A stretch of 64,000 nt of DNA. Origin: Eledone cirrhosa. Lineage: Eukaryota. Numbering within the stretch: position 1 is the first letter of the stretch; every line of letters begins with the position of its first letter. Below, piece after piece: positions 57,877 to 64,000 of this stretch. The DNA lies in contig OZ024745.1 of assembly GCA_964016885.1 (NCBI GenBank), positions 21,204,001-21,268,000 of the forward strand, given 5' to 3'. A program made the translations under genes and the position numbers. The notes under the pieces are model-generated. The model was given only the letters and a program-made list of their open reading frames with translations, did not search any database and had not been told where the DNA came from.

Positions 57877-59947
57877 TAAGCACCACTTTAATTACCACAA
57901 TTACATCACCACTGATACAAACATTACCATTAACACCCCCACCCCACCCACCACCAACAACCAATAACACCAGGGATTCTATTAAGAGCACCACCATTTC
58001 GCTTGATACCATCACAAGAACTAAAACTATACTTATAACCATTACCATCAATAGTACTATTGACAGAACAAGTAATGGTAAACACCAAGAAAGTTCACCT
58101 CCGAGGCTCAAGTTTGGTCATCGTGCTTTTGTAAAAGACCAGAATTCAACCATGCATTCCAGTCTCCTCTCTCCACACCATCGATCTTGTCCAGTTGAAA
58201 AGCAAAGAATGATACAATTTTGCACCAGTGACGTCGCCACTCATTTTTCCAGCTGAGTGAACTGGAGCAACGTAAAATAACATTTCTCACCGCACCGCCC
58301 ACTTCTGAATTCGAACTAACATTTTCTCGATTGTAAGTTCAACTCTGTAACCACTAAGCCACACCCCTTTACGCTACATCTAATGCGACTATAATAACCA
58401 CTACTATACCTACCACTGCTGCAACTACCACCACTACAACAACCAGTTCCATCATCAATGAACATAAATAACACCACTAACATCAACAATATATCCTACC
58501 ACTTCCACACATTATTAGACCCCACCACAATCGTCTAGAAACCCACCACCAGCATTATAGCATCGGGTGTTTCGGTGTCTCTAGCATCACCACCAATACC
58601 TCCTGAGGCCATGCTGGAGCACCACCATTGTGAAAAAAACCACAACAAAATAACAAACCGTAACGTTCATTGCCTTTGATCAACTGTTTACTTGTTGAGG
58701 GCTAACGTGGGCCTATCCTTACAATGACAACAACAACAACAATATAGAAACACCCCTATCAATACCACCCCTCTGAAAAGGGCCAGTGGTACTAATTCTA
58801 ATCGACGAAAGTTTACTTGTTTTGTTTTTAGATACGTCCCCTTACGTTCAGAGTTCTCATCGGGTCAATTTCCTTTCATGTTATCCCGTTGGGATAAATA
58901 AAGTAAATACAAAATAAGTATCAATATCGATTTAATGAACTGTGTCCTTCACCAAAATGTATGGAACATTGTGAATGCTAGCAATCAATAGCATTATGCT
59001 TTGCAGCGTCTTAATTGCATCTTTTTACTTCCTGAGTTCAAGTCCCAGAGAGGCCGACCTTACCTTTCATGGCTGGTGAGTTGTAAAAAGGAATATGACA
59101 AGCAACTGATGGTATTGAGTCAATCAACTAAACCCTTCATTTATATATTTATAGTCATGTGCCAATGTGGGAAATCATTATTCCTACTGTTATAAATCTT
59201 TTATCGTTATTATCTCTTTGTTTAATGTGCTTTTCTTCTACTGCACCACTCTCAATTCTATGTACTCCTTTGATTGGCATCCCCCATCACACAGTCCAAC
59301 TTGACACCACCTATGACCATTGGTAACCTTTAGCGGAGTTTGCTTTGTTGGAAACTTTTGGATAGATCAAAGGTTTGAGGAAAGCAGTCTGACCAGTGAA
59401 TTGCTTTCAGTTCTACCTTCACTTGAATGAAGGATAGGACCTCCACGCAGTCGTTTGATGTGTTGGAAATAATAGCAAAATATCCCTTAAATCATACTCT
59501 AATATCTTAAAGGGAAGGACACGTTGGATGACGAAGTCCTAGAAAGTTCTGAAATATGGAGTGGTTGCAGTTAAAATGTCTTTGATCATATAGCTGTCAG
59601 ATCAAGTTTGTTCTGAAGCTAAACAGTAACAACAATAACAACTATACCTTCCTTTGCATATTGCCATTGATTTCCAAAGGGTACTGGTGAACCTGTGGGA
59701 AACATTTCTGAATTCTAATTTATCAGATGCAGTATAATTCTCTGTTCTTTTCTCCCTAAACGGTTACTCGTGACCTTCCTCAAGAAACAGAATTTCAAAT
59801 GTCCGAGGTGACCAAAAATTTAAGTTTGGTACAGTCGTTCATTTATTTAGTAGTAAGTTGATAGATTGGTATAGTCTATCATTTATTCAATAGTAAGGTG
59901 ATGGATTGGTACAGTCTATCATTTATTCAATAGTAAAGCGATGGGTT

Positions 59948-60360
59948 GATCCTCTACTCCAATATCCGTAGGCTTCTAATGAAACTTTAATCTACGAACC
60001 ATCCACCATTAACACTCAAAGAACGGATAATATTTTTTATCTCTAAACCATCTCTACTATTTAGGTTTCATTCCATCTTTAACGAAAGACATTTTTACAT
60101 TTTCCAAGAATCTGCTCTCTCTATTATTATACTCACACCTCTTATTTGGACATCAACATCAAAGGTTTACAGTTAATCTGACTCGAAGTTACACTTGCTC
60201 ATTCTTTCTTCTAAATTTATTTGCTGTCTCTATCACTCTCCAGACTCTAGGAACCACTACTAATTCAATTATTTCTCATCCTATACTTAAGACATCTGTT
60301 ATTACATCTCACTTCACTTCTTTCCCACTCCATCAGGTTTGGTGACATCAATACACATTG
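59948..60360 (+). pseudogene. Highly decayed AP-endonuclease fragment (CR1/L2/Jockey-like LINE)
   Basis: Scattered motifs ILYSNIRRL, FICCLYHSPDS and FGDINTH in the expected order. Confidence 0.45.
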
Positions 60361-60419
60361 CACCCCAAAAGATCTTAACCCTTCCATCCAGAATCGATAC
60401 AGCTGAGAGAGAGAGAGGG

Positions 60420-60498
<79 letters not shown>

Positions 60499-61001
60499 AG
60501 AGAGAGGAGGGGAGAGAGAAAGAGAGAGAGAGGGGTTGAACTGTTCGTCATTTCAAATTGTTTCCAGTTGAAACCCTTACCTTCATGTATATTTCTCAGA
60601 TACGCCAACCCTCGCAACATCTTTAAACATTTTCACTTCAAAATCCGAACCTACCCCTGTCAGATCTTCTTATCCAGACCCCACACTTCTTCCTACAACG
60701 TAACATACACTACTCCGACACTTCTCGTATTTCATGTCAGCCTACTGTTCGAAGGTCCACCAAAACTATACCGATTTCTTTTGGTAACAAAGATATTTCA
60801 CCTTGGAATCACCCGAAATGAATAGGTGTGTTATAAATACCATGCAGTAGCAGTGCTATCGAAGTTCGTACATACGTACAAATTTGCTACTATTTGCATT
60901 TAATTCAACTTTTCTGAACGTTTGGTACCGCGTCCGGATTTTTTTTTTAACGTTTTAAAGATTGTACTTGCTTTGCGAATCTGTGTAGTATTAGAGGTAA
61001 G

Positions 61002-61201
61002 GCCCATAGAGGATACAGTTGTTTAGACCTAAGACCCATACATACGCCCATAGAGGATACAGTTGTTTAGACCTAAGACCCATACATACGCCCATAGAGG
61101 ATACAGTTGTTTAGACCTAAGACCCATACATACGCCCATAGAGGATACAGTTGTTTAGACCTAAGACCCATACATACGCCCATAGAGGATACAGTTGTTT
61201 A
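61002..61201 (+). repeat. 44-bp minisatellite, ~4.5 copies
   Basis: gcccatagaggatacagttgtttagacctaagacccatacatac at 61002, 61046, 61090, 61134 and 61178. Confidence 0.95.
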
Positions 61202-61507
61202 ACACCATGTGGGCTCTGACTAAGCAAACTTATGATCAAATATATCCTAACAATGAAACAATCCTATCATTATTTTGTGTCTTTTCGTTTTGTTTTTGTT
61301 TTTTTTGTTTTTTCAGACGTTTTTGTATCTCGGCCAATATTATTCAATACGTACATCCTTTTATGTTCTGATTTCAAATCCCTTCCGGGGTCGATGAAAT
61401 GATGAAATGAAATACGAGTAACGCACTGGGGTCAGTTTAATCGACTTCCACCCCTCACCCCCACACAAAATTGTTGGCCTTGTGCTAAATCAGAAAGCCT
61501 TACTTTT

Positions 61508-61680
61508 AAGATGGATTGGAAGTATTAGTAGTACATCAGACAACATGCTTTGTGGCATAGAGTTACGACCCTTTACGTTATGAGTTCAAATGCCGCCGAG
61601 ATTAGCTTGGCTTTTCATCCTTACGAGGTCGATAAAATAAAGTACCAGTAACGCGCTGGTGTCGATTTGATCGACTTTCC
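61508..61680 (+). mobile_element. Diverged Nin-domain-like SINE
   Basis: gagttcaaatgccgccgag...cttttcatccttacgaggtcgataaaataaagtaccag. Confidence 0.75.
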
Positions 61681-62201
61681 TCTCTTCACTTCAAATTGCT
61701 AAAATTCAGCACAATCATTTTTAAGACGGTAGTGTGATACAAGATAGGCTTGACTTCTATTTCTAGCTGATTGAGAGCAAACAGGGAACCTTTTTCGTAG
61801 GCTATTGATTTATGGGAAATATGGCACCAAAACACCATTGCTGGTATTGTGTAAATTACACGATAATACCTCACCATATTCACCATACCCCACCACACCG
61901 GGCCATAACATTGTGGAATACGGGAGCATGAAGGATAATAAATCAACAAGTAGGCCAGCATATTTAAAACCTGGCAAGAAATTGGATTGGATTTTCAACT
62001 GCTAAACTCTGCAGCTAAGGAAGGTGTCATAAAAATAAGGGATAAATAGGGGAGATAAAAAAAATATGTGGTGTTCATAAGGAAGAGATATGCATTGTCA
62101 CGGTCAATGCTTTCACAAGCTGAAGTCCCCCCTCCCTGAAAGAGAAACCCAAATGTGCGCGTCATTGTGTGTGTATGTATTTCATAAAAATATATGTATG
62201 C

Positions 62202-62234
<33 letters not shown>

Positions 62235-62283
62235 CGTGTGTGTGTGTATGTGTGTGAGTGTGTGCGCGTGTGCGCGTGTGTGT

Positions 62284-62335
<52 letters not shown>

Positions 62336-62574
62336 TGATAATGATAATAATACACACACATTTACACACACATAATTTCTCTCTCTATATATATAATACG
62401 TGGTGTGTGTCTATGTGTGTGTTTGTGTGTGTGTGTGTGTGTGTCAGGCCCTTGCTATCATCTACGAAACATTACATATCACGTGGTATTAGATTCCCAG
62501 AACAAATCACACTGCATCGTCCTGACCAAAATATAATATTCACTTTTAAGGAATTTACTTCACAGTTAAGTTAT

Positions 62575-62645
<71 letters not shown>

Positions 62646-62654
62646 GTGTGTGTG

Positions 62655-62828
62655 GGTGGGGGGAGCCCCTGCACGGTCGCACTGGAAGGAGAAAACCGAG
62701 GTTGACATATGTTGATGCCGTAAGGGCAGATACTGGTCTCTTTGAGACGCAGGACATGGCAGCGATGATGAGGGACAGAGACCGCTGGAGATAACTCATC
62801 CATGGATCTCGGGAATTTTACACCCCTA
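62655..62828 (+). pseudogene. RTE-like LINE extreme 3' fragment
   Basis: EPLHGRTGRRKPRLTYVDAVRADTGL...[10 protein letters not shown]. Confidence 0.65.
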
Positions 62829-62829
62829 G

Positions 62830-62863
<34 letters not shown>

Positions 62864-63629
62864 GTGTGTGTGTGTGTGTGTATGTGTGAACGAGAGAGAA
62901 AGAGTGTATGTGTGTGTTTGTGAATGTGTGTGTATGTGTGTTTGTGTTTGTGTGTGTGTGTTTGCGAGTGTGTGTTTGTGTGTGCGTGTCTGCGTATGTG
63001 TGTATATGTGTGTGTGTGCACGCTTATGTGTGTGTGTGTTTATGTGTGTATGCATGTGTGTGTCTGTGTGTATGCGTGTGTGTGTCCTCAACTATCCAGT
63101 TTACAGCACATTAATAATTTAAAAGATGTATTGTACCTGTATTCGTACGAAACTACTGTCTTCATAAATAAAAATACTAATAGTCTCCAGATGTCAACCA
63201 ATCTTAACACAGCCATTTATTACCAGCTTCTACACGGCAAATCTGAGAAACCTTTACACCAGCAAATCAGAATACAACCATAATAACTGATGTAGTAATG
63301 CTAAATGACAACAACGTCGCAGCGAATAGGAGTAGCAGGGAATCTCAGCAATTAGAATTGCTTTACATATTGATTTTAAAATCCTTATCATATCAAAATT
63401 TGTTGCAATGTTTAATCATATTTACACGTGAAATCTTGTCTATTGTATTGCATGCAAGGTCCCGTAACTCCTGAGGGAGTCATCATGGCGCCACATTGAT
63501 ATCTAGGGTATTTTAAAACATGGCGGAGCCCAACCCTTTCCAAGTTTGAATTCAACAGATTTCTTCCAGAGAAGGATAGAAAGTGTGACGGAATGGAAAT
63601 GAGAAAGAGATATAGATGAAGAATCGATC

Positions 63630-63755
63630 CCAGTACTAGACAGCTACTTTTTATCGACCTTGAATGGATTAAAGGCAAGGTTGACCTCGACGGGATTTGA
63701 ACTCAGAGAGCAGCGAGCCCAAACGGATACTACCAGCATTCTATCCGACGCATAT
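63630..63755 (-). mobile_element. Diverged Nin-domain-like SINE
   Basis: tttatcgacc...aaaggcaaggttgacctcgacgggatttgaactcag. Confidence 0.7.
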
Positions 63756-64000
63756 CTTTATTGTACTAAAAGCATTTAAAAAAAAGACCTCCATCTCTGC
63801 ATGATAAATCCTTTTACTAACTGAAATTCCACCAATCAGTTTCGAACTCACAACAATCTATCATAACCATTACACCATACAACCACATCCATGCATACTT
63901 GTTTTAATTGGATCGAATCTAATAATAAGATTCCAGACCTCATTTTCTTACCGAGTGTGATGGAACTCGTCAAATCGGACCAAGGAAACAATGTTTCCAT

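Noticed and set aside
61002-61201. CRISPR-like 44-bp repeat
   Set aside because: Pure tandem minisatellite without spacers.

Overview
Eukaryotic, AT-rich, microsatellite-saturated non-genic (intergenic or intronic) DNA. The SINE repertoire and repeat landscape look like an octopus/cephalopod genome (inference). I found no credible host exon, and almost all listed ORFs are microsatellite artefacts. Recognisable mobile DNA: a Chapaev3-like DNA transposon with TIRs (1074-2853), a decayed Tx1/L1-clade LINE in (TATC)n (11590-15537), Penelope-like elements (PLEs) with a CxCx5Cx5C linker and GIY-YIG endonuclease (48999-51888; 21030-22112), R4-, RTE-, CR1-like and mariner fragments, and about 17 copies or fragments of a tRNA-derived Nin-domain-like SINE. 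The main hidden signal is RNA-structural: about 20 type I hammerhead ribozyme (HHR) motifs read by eye on both strands. They include a non-coding tandem-repeat (retrozyme-like) family in two diverged, structurally covarying subfamilies (5940-7758; 24792-26100 and 47790-48115). Every complete unit carries an octamer ATGCAAAT about 80 nt upstream of its ribozyme. Many (TA)n-embedded mini-PLE cassettes have inverted ends and natural HHR core variants (U3-A8, G15.1-C16.1, U4C, long stem II). All folds were read manually and no activity is demonstrated.
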